Shown: positions 48,555 to 58,308, counted from the stretch's first letter. The stretch is 64,000 nt of DNA from Ferrovibrio sp. (GCF_965278975.1 NZ_OZ257126.1:3653113-3717112), one strand, 5' to 3'. Numbers and translations: made by a program. The notes: generated by a model not told the origin, from the letters alone.

Positions 48555-49394
48555 TCAGAACTTGGTGGTGACGCTGAGCAGCAGCGAACGCTCGGAGGCT
48601 TCGCTCTTGCCCAGCACGCCGGCGAAACCGGCATTGATCGTGGTCGCCTTGGTCACGGCATAGCCGGTGCCGAAGCCGAAGGAGAAATAGTCGCGGTCAC
48701 TCACGCCGCTGGTGAAATCGCGGCTGCCCAGGTTCCAGCTCAGGTTGGCGTAGGGTTCCCACTGGCCATAGCGCCAGTTCAGGCCGCCGCCGGGGCTGAT
48801 ATAGTGCAGCTTGCTCGATTGCGCATTGACGCGATTGTTGGCGCTGTCGGTATAGCTGTCGGTGCGGCTGGCGACCAAGGTATAGCGCGCCGACAGGCTG
48901 GCGGTCAGGTTTGGCGAGACCGGGAACAGCTTGGTCAGCCCAAGGCCGGCGGACCAGAAGATCGTATCGGCATTATAGAGGATCGCTGCGCCGTTATTGT
49001 AGCGGTTGTCGAGCGCGACACTGCCAAAGCCCAACGCGCCATCAAGCAGCAAGGTCGGCTCCAGCGCACGCATGGCAAACACGCCGCCAGCATAGGCATC
49101 GGAATCGGTCTGGCCGTTATCGAGGCCGGCCTTCGTGTCCGAATTCGTGTAGGCGATGTTGCCGCCAAGGAAAGTGGCATCATCATACTGATACATCAGC
49201 GTGGCGGTGCCGGAGATCGAGTCCGTCTTCGATGGGCTGCCGGGCGCCGTCGATTTGGCATGGGTATCCTGCAGGCCGAAAGTGGCGGTCCATTTCGGCG
49301 GCGGCGGCGCGAAGGGATTCCAGGATTGGGCCAGGGCCGGCAGCGGGACGGTAACAAGCACCAGTATGAAAGTGCCGATCAGACTGCTGCGCAT
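48555..49394 (-). CDS. Autotransporter-like outer-membrane beta-barrel without passenger
   Basis: Signal peptide followed directly by alternating beta-strand patterns (TDSDAYAGGVF, LDGALGFG, WEPYANLSWN) and terminal Phe; about 280 aa. Confidence 0.75.
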   Translation of the reverse strand: MRSSLIGTFILVLVTVPLPALAQSWNPFAPPPPKWTATFGLQDTHAKSTAPGSPSKTDSISGTATLMYQYDDATFLGGNIAYTNSDTKAGLDNGQTDSDAYAGGVFAMRALEPTLLLDGALGFGSVALDNRYNNGAAILYNADTIFWSAGLGLTKLFPVSPNLTASLSARYTLVASRTDSYTDSANNRVNAQSSKLHYISPGGGLNWRYGQWEPYANLSWNLGSRDFTSGVSDRDYFSFGFGTGYAVTKATTINAGFAGVLGKSEASERSLLLSVTTKF

Positions 49395-49797
49395 ATGCCA
49401 CCTACCATCAAAATTGCCCAAGCCGTTCTGCTTGCCGCGCCAACTCGTCGCGAGCCTTGAAAAGGCAGCGAACCCGAACCAGTGCTACGCGAAACCATTA
49501 CACGTTCTGCGCGTATGCATCAAGGTGCGGGACTGCCCGAATCCAGAGGGCGTAGCGGTAGTGCAAAATGCCCGCAAAAAAGCCGGCGCAACCACAACGT
49601 TTTTCGCCTCGAAGCTGAATCGAACCCTGCCTGCCGTGATGCAAAAAGCTGTCATTTCCGCGACATGTTTTGAGTGATTTTACCCGTGTAAGGCAAGTCC
49701 GCCGCGCGCCAATTCTCACCAATAGTAACACCACTTGACGTTCGTTTTTGGCCGGTAAAAATGCGTCAAAACAGCCTCTCAGAAAGACGAGTCGACG

Positions 49798-50067
49798 ATG
49801 AAACTTTCACAATTACAGCGCGCTGCCCTGGTTGGAGTCCTGGTGCTCGGCGGCCTCGGCGCCACCGGCGTGATTGGCATGAAAGTGGTGGCTGCCGTGC
49901 AGGCGGAAGACAGCCTGCCGCTCGCTCCGGTCTCGCGCAACGAATGTATCAATGAAGGCCTGCGCAAGGTGCAGGGCGGCTTCTCGCGCCAGACCGCCTA
50001 CGATATCGAAGTGCGCTGCGAACAGCTGATTCAGTCGCACGAGGGACGCAAAGCGTCCCTGAAATAA
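49798..50067 (+). CDS. Small hypothetical protein with N-terminal hydrophobic helix
   Basis: 89 aa, GAG RBS, upstream TTGACG; one TM or signal segment and two Cys. Confidence 0.55.
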   Translation: MKLSQLQRAALVGVLVLGGLGATGVIGMKVVAAVQAEDSLPLAPVSRNECINEGLRKVQGGFSRQTAYDIEVRCEQLIQSHEGRKASLK

Positions 50068-50093
50068 AGGCGTGGACGCAAAGCGTCCCTGAA
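50044..50093. repeat. Two 20-bp direct repeats (period 30), each a hairpin
   Basis: GGACGCAAAGCGTCCCTGAA at 50044-50063 and 50074-50093; internal GGACGC/GCGTCC stem. Confidence 0.8.
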
Positions 50094-50178
50094 GTAAGGC
50101 TGCGGCACATCACCGCGCAATTGTAGCGGTACATCTCCGCTCTTGAATTTACACGGTCGCCGCCGCCATGCTGCGGCC

Positions 50179-50805
50179 ATGCTCGATACCATAAATCTGC
50201 CGCTGATCCTCATTGCCGCTTTGCTTGCCACCGGCAGCCCCGGCCCCGCCACGCTGAATATCGCCGGCACGGCGATGACCGCTGGCCGGCCCTATGCCCT
50301 GGCCGTGGCCGGTGGTGTCGCCACCGGATCGCTGATGTGGTCCACGGCCGCCGCTTTCGGGCTTGGCGCGGTGATGCTGGCCAATGCCTGGATGTTCGAG
50401 CTGCTGCGCTATGCCGGCGCCGGCTACCTGATCTTCCTGGCTTTCAAGTCGGCGCGCTCGGCGTTGAAGCCGGGCGACATGGCGCCGAAAACTGTTCAGT
50501 ACACGTCCTTGCGGCGGGCCTATGCCGGCGGCCTGGCGCTGCATCTCACCAACCCGAAGCCGATCCTGTTCTTCGGCTCGCTCTATGCCATCGGCGTGCC
50601 GCCGCAGGCTTCGCCGCAGACCCTGCTGATCATCATCGCCGCCATGGCGGTGCAGAGCACACTGGTGTTCAACGGCTATGCGCTGCTGTTCTCCAGCGCC
50701 CCGGCGGTGCGCGGGTATCTGCGCCTGCGCCGCTGGTTCGAAGGCGCCTTCGCGCTCGCCTTTGGCTATGCCGGCTTCAAGATACTGACCACGCGCCTGT
50801 CGTAG
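50179..50805 (+). CDS. LysE/RhtB family translocator
   Basis: SPGPA, AGAGYLIFL and LTNPKPILFF motifs. Confidence 0.92.
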   Translation: MLDTINLPLILIAALLATGSPGPATLNIAGTAMTAGRPYALAVAGGVATGSLMWSTAAAFGLGAVMLANAWMFELLRYAGAGYLIFLAFKSARSALKPGDMAPKTVQYTSLRRAYAGGLALHLTNPKPILFFGSLYAIGVPPQASPQTLLIIIAAMAVQSTLVFNGYALLFSSAPAVRGYLRLRRWFEGAFALAFGYAGFKILTTRLS

Positions 50806-50821
50806 GGCGGCGCTGACCGAA

Positions 50822-52468
50822 TCAGGCCAGGTTGATGGCGAATACCGCCTGCGGTGTCTGGAAGCCTTTCAGCGTGTAGTCACCCATGGCGATGAACACG
50901 ATGCCGGCATTGGCGCAGGCATCGTGAACCGTGGCCGAGGTAGTGATCTGCCCCGGTATCGCCAGGCCGCAGACCCGCGCGGCAAGCTGCACCGTTGAGC
51001 CGAACAGATCGTCGCCAGCCTTGATCGGCTTGCCGGCGGAAAGGCCGATGCGCAGCTTCAGGGGCAGGGCGGGCATGATCTCGTTATGCACGCGCACTTC
51101 ACCCTGGATCTGCAAGGCGGCGCGCACGGCTTCCAGTGCGCGGTCGAAGGCCACCATGGCACCATCGCCGGTATGCTTCACCCAGCGGCCGTTATGATCC
51201 TCCACCGACTGGCGCACGATGCGATCATGCGCCTGCACCAGTTCCATCTGCAGGCTGTCGCCATGCAGCTGGGTGAATTCGGTGGAGCCGACGATGTCGG
51301 TGAACATCACCACCACCTGTTCGACGGCGCGGCCATCGCTGCGGCTGATCCAGCGTTCAACCAGGGCAGGGCCGCCCGGCAGGCCCTGGTCCAGCCGGCC
51401 ATCCCAGGTCAGGCCGGCCTTGTACATCTCCATGTAGCGCGGCTCGGCCAGGTAATCGTCGATGATGCCGGCAAAGCGCCGGGCGCCGCCCGCGTCGCCA
51501 AACAATTCCGCCAGGCTGCTGGCCAGCACGAAACGCTGCTCATGTGGCTGCCATTGCTTCAGCTTGCCCGATTGCTCGCACAGGCCGGCCAGGAAGAGAT
51601 GCAGGCCGAAGCGCATATGGCCGGTGATCTGGCCATTCTCTGCGGCACCAGCCAAGCCGAGCAGCTTGGCCATCCAGGCCCTGGTCAGCACCACGAAGCC
51701 CTGCATCACCGCGGAAAGCGAGCGATGCCGTTCCGCCGTCACCAGGCTGCCGGCATCTTCGGGATCAAGCTGTACCAACGCTTCTGGCTCTGGTTCGGCG
51801 ATTACAGGCTCGGCCGCCGGCATGGCTTCCGGCTGAGTGAGCGGCACCGGCACAGGCACCATCCCGGCAGGCTGCGGCGCTGCCTCGCGTTCACTTAAGA
51901 ATCGGAAAAGCTGGCTCAGGATGCGGCCGCGCTCATCGGGCGCCGAGGCAAGCAGGCCAAGGCCAAGGGCAGTGGCAACGCTGAAGCCACCGGCCAGGCC
52001 GGTAAGCATGGTGGTGGAAACGAAGCCCGCCGCGCCGCTGGCTTTCAGCAGCAGCGCCAGGATCGCCAGGGCGCCGATCACCAGGGCAGCCAGCAGCACC
52101 GCCACTGCCTGGCGGCCGCGCGGCGAGAGCGGTTCGGGTTCTGCCATGGCCTCGGCCTGTGGGCCAGTGGCGCTTGCCGTGGCCCTGGCCTTGGACTGGT
52201 CGTTGGATGGGCTGCGCGTCGCGACACGGCTGGGTGGCGGCCGGGTCGGCAGCGTATCCACCTTTTTCTTGTTGGCGATCTTGCGCTCGCGCTGGCCGCC
52301 ATCGGCCTCGCGGGTTTCTTCCACCACGCGATAGGCCAGTACATGCTTCTCGCGATACATGAACTCGGCATACTCGATCGCCGCTTCGCGCTGCCGGCTG
52401 TTGAATTGCCGTACCAGTTGCCAGCGGTAATCGGCAAAAATGTAGACGTCGTGGACGGTCTCGCTCAT
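50822..52468 (-). CDS. Membrane-anchored class III adenylate/guanylate cyclase
   Basis: MFTDIVGST, VKHTGDGAM and DLFGSTVQLAARV motifs; K/D residues suggest ATP specificity; two TM helices after a short N-domain. Confidence 0.85.
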   Translation of the reverse strand: MSETVHDVYIFADYRWQLVRQFNSRQREAAIEYAEFMYREKHVLAYRVVEETREADGGQRERKIANKKKVDTLPTRPPPSRVATRSPSNDQSKARATASATGPQAEAMAEPEPLSPRGRQAVAVLLAALVIGALAILALLLKASGAAGFVSTTMLTGLAGGFSVATALGLGLLASAPDERGRILSQLFRFLSEREAAPQPAGMVPVPVPLTQPEAMPAAEPVIAEPEPEALVQLDPEDAGSLVTAERHRSLSAVMQGFVVLTRAWMAKLLGLAGAAENGQITGHMRFGLHLFLAGLCEQSGKLKQWQPHEQRFVLASSLAELFGDAGGARRFAGIIDDYLAEPRYMEMYKAGLTWDGRLDQGLPGGPALVERWISRSDGRAVEQVVVMFTDIVGSTEFTQLHGDSLQMELVQAHDRIVRQSVEDHNGRWVKHTGDGAMVAFDRALEAVRAALQIQGEVRVHNEIMPALPLKLRIGLSAGKPIKAGDDLFGSTVQLAARVCGLAIPGQITTSATVHDACANAGIVFIAMGDYTLKGFQTPQAVFAINLA

Positions 52469-52499
52469 GGTGCGGCAATCTAGCGCCTGAAGTTCCGCG

Positions 52500-54038
52500 C
52501 TACAATTGGTCGATTTTGTTCAGGTAATTTTGGGCCTGATCACGCAAAGCGGCCTGGCGCTCGGCACTGAAGCGGGCCCAGTTGCGATACGGCATGGCAA
52601 GCCGTGGATTGCCGGCCAGCTTACGCTGGTTGCGGGCAAGGAAATCCCAGTAAAGCGCGTTGAACGGGCACGCCCTCGGTCCGGTGGATTGGGCCACATC
52701 ATATGTGCAACCACGGCAATAGTCGGATTGACGCTGGATGTATTTGCCCGAAGCGGCATAAGGCTTTGAAGCCATGCGGCCACCATCGGCGAATAATGCC
52801 ATGCCATGGGTGTTGGGCAATTCCACCCATTCAAAGGCATCGGCGTAGACGGCCAGATACCATGCCTGCACCTGCTTTGGCGTCAGCCCGGCCAGCAGCG
52901 CGAAATTGCCGATCACCATCAGCCGCTGGATATGGTGTGCGTAAGCCTGGCGCAGCGTGTCACCGATGGCATGGCGCAGGCAGTTCATGCTGGTGTTGCC
53001 GGTCCAGAAGAATTCCGGCAACGGTCGGTCGGCATCCAGCGCGTTGCTGTTGCCGTAATCCGGCATCTCCAGCCAATAGAGGCCGTGGACATATTCGCGC
53101 CAGCCAAGGATCTGGCGGATAAAGCCCTCGGCCGCATTCAGCTTCACGCGGCCTTTGCGGTATTGCTTCTCCGCGGCCTGGATCACCTGCAATGGATCGA
53201 GCAGCCCGACATTGATGTAGGGCGATATCACGCTGTGAAACAGCAGCGGCTCATGCTCGGCCATGGCATCCTGGTAGTCGCCGAAATCAGGCAGGGCGTG
53301 GTTCATGAACCAGTCGAGTGCGGCTTCGGCATCCGCGCGCGTCACCGCCCAGCGGAAAGGTTCAAGCTGGCCGTAATGATGCGCGAAACGTTCGCGTACC
53401 AGGTCCAGCACCTCGCGCGTGATGGCATCGGGAGCCGGGGCAGGGCGTTGTGGGATGGCCAGGCCCTTGGGCAGCGCCTTGCGGTTTTCGGCGTCGAAAT
53501 TCCACTGGCCGCCCTCTGGTTCGCCGTCGGCATCCAGCAATACCTGGTGGCGCCGCCGCATGGCACGATAGAAGAATTCCATGCGTAGTTGCTGCTTGCC
53601 TTCGGCCCAGCGGGCAAAGGCGGCACGGCTGCACAGGAAGCGGTCGTCTTGCCGGATTTCCACCGGCAGGCTCAAGCTATCGCCCCACCGGCGCATGGCA
53701 TGATCGAGGCGCCATTCCGCCGGTTCGGTAAGGATCAGCCGGGGCGCTTCAAGCTGGGCGATGATTCTTTGCGCCTCGCCGAACAGGCTGCCGCTGTTGG
53801 CGGGATCATCGAGACGGCTGTAGTGGACGGTAAAGCCGCGTTTGCGCAGCTCTTCGGCGAAATGCCGCATGGCGGAGAAAATGAAGGCGATCTTCTGCGG
53901 ATGATGCGGCACATAGTTGGCCTCCTCCATCACCTCGGCCAGCAGGATATGGTCCCGCGCCGGATCGGCATCGCGCAGGCTGGATAACGTCGGGCTCAGT
54001 TGGTCGCCCAGCACCAGGCGCAGGCTGGCGGGTATCAT
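52500..54038 (-). CDS. FeS-cluster bacterial cryptochrome/(6-4) photolyase (PhrB/CryB-like)
   Basis: LVLGDQL, HHPQKI, LRMEFFYR and YAHHIQRLM motifs, plus four cluster Cys (NCL, YCRGC, ACPF). Confidence 0.93.
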   Translation of the reverse strand: MIPASLRLVLGDQLSPTLSSLRDADPARDHILLAEVMEEANYVPHHPQKIAFIFSAMRHFAEELRKRGFTVHYSRLDDPANSGSLFGEAQRIIAQLEAPRLILTEPAEWRLDHAMRRWGDSLSLPVEIRQDDRFLCSRAAFARWAEGKQQLRMEFFYRAMRRRHQVLLDADGEPEGGQWNFDAENRKALPKGLAIPQRPAPAPDAITREVLDLVRERFAHHYGQLEPFRWAVTRADAEAALDWFMNHALPDFGDYQDAMAEHEPLLFHSVISPYINVGLLDPLQVIQAAEKQYRKGRVKLNAAEGFIRQILGWREYVHGLYWLEMPDYGNSNALDADRPLPEFFWTGNTSMNCLRHAIGDTLRQAYAHHIQRLMVIGNFALLAGLTPKQVQAWYLAVYADAFEWVELPNTHGMALFADGGRMASKPYAASGKYIQRQSDYCRGCTYDVAQSTGPRACPFNALYWDFLARNQRKLAGNPRLAMPYRNWARFSAERQAALRDQAQNYLNKIDQL

Positions 54039-54267
54039 GGTGCTGCCTTGCGATTGCTGCCGGCGCGTTTGCGGCAGCCATCGGAGCAATAACGTACCTG
54101 GTCCCAGTCACGGGCCCATTTGCGCCGCCATGCAAAAGGGCGCTGGCAGGCTTGGCAGCTTTTGGTTGGCAGATGCGGTTTGCGGTGCACGTCACGCCCC
54201 GGTCATGGCCGGCCCCTTGCCGCCATGGAGCATCGGGCTATGATTTGCTGCTGCGGAGGAAATCGAC

Positions 54268-55206
54268 ATGCGTGCCATCCTGGTTCTCGTTCTTGCACTG
54301 ACTATCTGCTGCCTGGGCCGGCCGGTCTTTGCGCAAGGCAACTGGAGCTTCGTTGCGCTGGGCGACATGCCCTACCAGGACCGCGACATCCCCGACATGG
54401 AAACCCTGTTTGATGCCATCAACGCCGAGAAGCCGCGATTCTCGGTACATGTCGGCGATACCAAGGGCAGCCATGCCGCTTGCGGCGAAGCCTGGAACAA
54501 GCGGGTGCAGACCTGGTTCGCCCAGTTTCAGGCACCGTTGATATATACGCCGGGAGATAACGAGTGGACCGATTGCCATCGGGCAAATCCGCCGAGCGAC
54601 CCGAATGAGGAATTGAAGCTGTTGCGGCGCATGTTCTTCCAGCGTCCGGACAGCCTGGGTGCCAGGCCAATGCCGCTGGAGCGCCAGAGCAATACTTATC
54701 CTGAGAACCAGGCCTGGCGCGTCGATGGCATCCGCTTCGGCACCCTGCATGTAGTGGGCAGCTTCAACAACATGCGCCGCGACCGCGCCGAATATACTGC
54801 GCGCAACGACGCTAACCTGAGCTGGCTGCGGCAGCTTTTCTCATCGGCGCGCGGCGACCGCGCATTGGCGATCTTCATGCAGGCCGATCTCTGGTACACG
54901 ATCGACAACGGCAAGGGCTCGCGCGATGGCATGGATGATCTGATGAAGCTGCTGGAAGAGGAAACCCGGCGCTTCCAGAAGCCGGTGCTGCTGGTGCATG
55001 GCGACAGCCATGACTGCGTGATCCAGCCTTCTGCCCCCGGCTTTGGCCCGGACGCGGCACCGATCCCGAATCTACTGCGTGTGGAAGTGCCCGGCGACAG
55101 CATCATCGATGCGCTCAAGATCACCGTGAGCCAGGATGCTGCGCAGCCCTTCAGCGTCAAGCCGGTGCTGGGCGTGGCGCGCAACTGCACGCCGAAGAAG
55201 AAATGA
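54268..55206 (+). CDS. Exported calcineurin-like metallophosphoesterase
   Basis: Signal peptide; GDMPY, HVGD, PGDNEW and HGDSH motifs. Confidence 0.85.
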   Translation: MRAILVLVLALTICCLGRPVFAQGNWSFVALGDMPYQDRDIPDMETLFDAINAEKPRFSVHVGDTKGSHAACGEAWNKRVQTWFAQFQAPLIYTPGDNEWTDCHRANPPSDPNEELKLLRRMFFQRPDSLGARPMPLERQSNTYPENQAWRVDGIRFGTLHVVGSFNNMRRDRAEYTARNDANLSWLRQLFSSARGDRALAIFMQADLWYTIDNGKGSRDGMDDLMKLLEEETRRFQKPVLLVHGDSHDCVIQPSAPGFGPDAAPIPNLLRVEVPGDSIIDALKITVSQDAAQPFSVKPVLGVARNCTPKKK

Positions 55207-55217
55207 TCTGACGGGGA

Positions 55218-56072
55218 TCAGCCCCGGAAGATCACGGTCTTGCTGCCGTTGATGAAGATGCGGTGTTCGGCGTGGTAGCCGACCGCACGGGCCAGCACCA
55301 GGCTTTCGATATCGCGCCCCTGGGCCGCCAGCCGCTCCGGTGAATAGGCATGGTCGACGCGCGCCACTTCCTGCTCGATGATCGGGCCTTCATCCAGATC
55401 GCTGGTGACGTAATGCGCCGTAGCGCCGATCAGCTTGACGCCGCGCGCATGTGCCTGGCTGTAGGGCGCGGCGCCCTTGAAGCTCGGCAGGAAGGAATGG
55501 TGGATGTTGATGACGCGGCCCTGCAGGTCGGCGCAGAGTTCCGGCGACAGCACCTGCATGTAGCGCGCCAGCACCACGAGATCGATTTTCTCGTCGCGGA
55601 TGATGTCGCGCAGGCGCTGCTCCTGCGCCGCCTTGTTGTCGTGCGTCACCGGAATGTGGTGATAGGGAATATTGTGCACCGCCGCGCGCTGATACCATTC
55701 GCGATGGTTCGAGACGATGGCGGGAATCTCGATCGGCAGCGCGCCGATGGAGTAGCGGTACAGCAGGTCGTTCAGGCAATGACCGAATTTCGACACCATG
55801 ATCAGCACACGCTGGCGCGCACCTTCATCATGGATTGCCCAGGTCATGCCGAACGGGGCGGCGACATGGGCGAAGGCGGCGCGCACATCCTCCACCACGC
55901 GGCGGCTGCCGCTGATGTCGTCAAAGGTCACGCGCATGAAGAACAGGCCGGTCTCGGCGGCGCTGAACTGCCCGGACTCGCGGATATTGAATTGCTGCTC
56001 GGCGAGAAAGCCGGACACGGCGGCAACAATGCCGGGGCGGTCCAGGCAGGACAGGGTAAGGATCAGGCCCAT
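55218..56072 (-). CDS. purU: Formyltetrahydrofolate deformylase
   Basis: N-terminal ACT domain, HCLNDLL, LARYMQ, INIHHSFLPSFKGA and LDEGPII motifs. Confidence 0.97.
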   Translation of the reverse strand: MGLILTLSCLDRPGIVAAVSGFLAEQQFNIRESGQFSAAETGLFFMRVTFDDISGSRRVVEDVRAAFAHVAAPFGMTWAIHDEGARQRVLIMVSKFGHCLNDLLYRYSIGALPIEIPAIVSNHREWYQRAAVHNIPYHHIPVTHDNKAAQEQRLRDIIRDEKIDLVVLARYMQVLSPELCADLQGRVINIHHSFLPSFKGAAPYSQAHARGVKLIGATAHYVTSDLDEGPIIEQEVARVDHAYSPERLAAQGRDIESLVLARAVGYHAEHRIFINGSKTVIFRG

Positions 56073-56095
56073 GGATTTTTTTGCTGCTAGGAGGA

Positions 56096-56578
56096 TCAGG
56101 TCAGCTTGCGGACGGTGGGGTCGGTATTCGGCTTCGCCTTGGCGCTTTGCAGTGCCGCCACGATGCGCTCGAAGAAGTTGCGCGCCTGCGGCGGCTTGGC
56201 GACGAAGCCGTTGATACGCATCTTGCGTACCCGTTGCAAGGTTTCCGGATCGGTACGGCCCGACATGATGATGATCGGGATATTCGGATCGATGCCGCGC
56301 TCGCCGCTGCGGATACGCTCGATCAGGTCGAAGCCGTCCATGATCGGCATGATCAGGTCCACCAGCAGCAGGTCCATCGGGGTTTCCGAGGCCTTCAGCA
56401 GCGACAGGGCTTCCTCGCCATTGGTGGCTTCCAGCACCTGGCCGAAGGAGAATTGCTGCAGCAGCCGCAAAGCGATCTGGCGCGACACGTTGTCGTCGTC
56501 GACGATCATGATCCGCCGCACCCGCAGGTCTACCGGCAGTCGGGTCAGATTATCGAAGGCAGGCAGGCGGGTGTTCAC
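56096..56578 (-). CDS. Single-domain response regulator
   Basis: IVDDD, LVDLIMPIMDG, MSG and VAKP receiver motifs; start uncertain (GTG 56578 or TTG 56620). Confidence 0.8.
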   Translation of the reverse strand: MNTRLPAFDNLTRLPVDLRVRRIMIVDDDNVSRQIALRLLQQFSFGQVLEATNGEEALSLLKASETPMDLLLVDLIMPIMDGFDLIERIRSGERGIDPNIPIIIMSGRTDPETLQRVRKMRINGFVAKPPQARNFFERIVAALQSAKAKPNTDPTVRKLT

Positions 56579-56737
56579 GGTCGTTGCCGGCGGTTGCTTA
56601 GGTTCGGGCTGGGTTAACAATCCCAGAGTGTGTAAGACCCGGACGATAATTGCAAGATTTGCCTCGCATCTTCGGCGGTGGCTTCCTATGCTCAAAAAAG
56701 TTGCGAATCCCGAGGCCTCCAGGGGGTGGCCAGCCTG

Positions 56738-57508
56738 ATGTTCAATGCCGGTCCCGAGTATCTGCGCAAGATGTCCAACATGGTGCTGGATGCCTTGCTC
56801 CATGCCCTGGGCGAGAGTCTGGCAACACGGCCGCTCAACCTTGCCGATCTGCAGCGTATCGTTGAGGCAACCAAGGATTCACCCGATCTGGACCACTTCT
56901 ACCGCGCCAGCTACCAGCAGCTTGAGCGCCTGCAGGAAGAGGAAAAGCAGCGCAATATCCGCACCAACGCCTTTGGCCGGCTGGTGGTGCACCCGCTCTC
57001 GGATCATTTCGAGGCCGGTCGACTGGATCGCCGCGTGATCGGCAATTTCTTCTTTTTCATCCGCTCGCTGTTCGGCGACCAGGTGAGCGAATTTGCCGAG
57101 ACCTGTAGCCAGGTGGCGGAAGAACTGCGCGCCGGCGACAGCCAGGAGGGCTGGGACACGTTCTATGCCGATCCGCGCATGAAGGCGGTTTATTACACGG
57201 TGATCGCCCGCGTGGTGAAGGCGTTCCGCGCCTTTGATGTGCGGCGCGACTGGGTGTTGAAGATCATGCAGCATGACCCGACCTCGGTCGGGATTGCGAC
57301 CAATGTGTTCATCGAGAAGGAATTCGATGGCGAGCCGCTGCCCTTCGGCAACCGCGAATTCTATATCTTCTTCGACAGCCTGGTGCGCCCGCTGCGCGAC
57401 CTGCAAGGCGCCGACAAGCAGCTTTTCATCGACACCGTGGGCGAAGAGCCGGCCGAGGTGTTCGGCGAATTCATGATCAATCTGGCCCGTTACAAGCCGG
57501 CGGATTGA
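56738..57508 (+). CDS. Hypothetical cytoplasmic helical protein
   Basis: Long ORF with host-like codon bias, divergent from the response regulator; no family recognised. Confidence 0.7.
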   Translation: MFNAGPEYLRKMSNMVLDALLHALGESLATRPLNLADLQRIVEATKDSPDLDHFYRASYQQLERLQEEEKQRNIRTNAFGRLVVHPLSDHFEAGRLDRRVIGNFFFFIRSLFGDQVSEFAETCSQVAEELRAGDSQEGWDTFYADPRMKAVYYTVIARVVKAFRAFDVRRDWVLKIMQHDPTSVGIATNVFIEKEFDGEPLPFGNREFYIFFDSLVRPLRDLQGADKQLFIDTVGEEPAEVFGEFMINLARYKPAD

Positions 57509-57527
57509 GAGCCAATTCAGCGCTCAG

Positions 57528-57740
57528 CGTCATTCCCGCGAAGGCGGGAATCCCGTTTCACGTTGGTAAAAATGGGACCCTCTGTAAGCGCGCGAACGCC
57601 TAACGGGGTTCGTGGGCGCACAGGCCCGAAGGGCTGGCGCGAGGGTGACAAGTATGTGTAAACGCCATGCCCTGCCTGCGCAGGGCATGGCGTTTACACA
57701 TGATGAGCCGTCATGGCCCGCTTTAGGCGGGCCATCCACG
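57528..57740. repeat. REP-flanked hairpin cluster
   Basis: CGTCATTCCCGCGAAGGCGGGAATCC (57528-57553), a branched hairpin 57577-57646, a perfect 22-bp palindrome 57654-57701 and a CGTCATGG REP 57709-57735. Confidence 0.75.
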
Positions 57741-57762
57741 AGTTCGTTTTTAAACTTTTGGA

Positions 57763-58188
57763 TTAATTCGAATTCGCCGGTTCGCGGTGATCGAGCTTGG
57801 CGGCGAACTGCTCGAACAATTCGCTGACGCAGCGCGCCACGGTGCGCTGATGGTTGTCGTTGAGCTGGTCGGCGGCGCGCATGCAGAGATCGGCGAATTT
57901 GCGCGCCAGCTGAATCGCCTCGCGGTTCGAGTCCATGCGGATTTCGTCGAACACGGTAACGATGTAGTCGCGCGTCTGGTTGCTCTGGTGATGCGTCACC
58001 GGCCGCTCGCCCATCAGGCTGTCCAGCATGGCGTTGAAGGTCTGCGAGGTGTCGATGGCGATCGAGGCCAGGATTTTCTCGATCCGCTCGTTATCCTTGG
58101 CCGAGAGGGCGCGCGGCGCGGTGGCGGCAATACGTTCCTTCATCTCATGCTCGGGCAGGCTGGATTTGGAGGACGTGCGGTTCCACAT
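57763..58188 (-). CDS. Hypothetical helical protein
   Basis: AGGTGA RBS before ATG 58188; amphipathic helices; no family recognised. Confidence 0.6.
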   Translation of the reverse strand: MWNRTSSKSSLPEHEMKERIAATAPRALSAKDNERIEKILASIAIDTSQTFNAMLDSLMGERPVTHHQSNQTRDYIVTVFDEIRMDSNREAIQLARKFADLCMRAADQLNDNHQRTVARCVSELFEQFAAKLDHREPANSN

Positions 58189-58308
58189 GCAGATCACCTA
58201 AAACTGGGCCGGGCAGGCGCGTCACCGCGCTGCCCGCCGGGGCGGATTTCTTCGGCTCAATCCAGCATAGCACAAGACCGCCCGCCGCCTGCAAGCAGCG
58301 CGTGAATT

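Noticed and set aside
50044-50093. Mini CRISPR array
   Set aside because: Only two 20-bp repeats with a 10-bp spacer and no cas genes.
50043-50130. c-di-GMP-I riboswitch (GGGACGCAAAGC and a downstream GTAGCGG)
   Set aside because: The upstream GGCAAAC/GNRA helix is missing, and the motif is locked in a self-hairpin and duplicated.
57554-57569. Second parS site (CGTTTCACGT...)
   Set aside because: Only one half matches; the right arm is absent.
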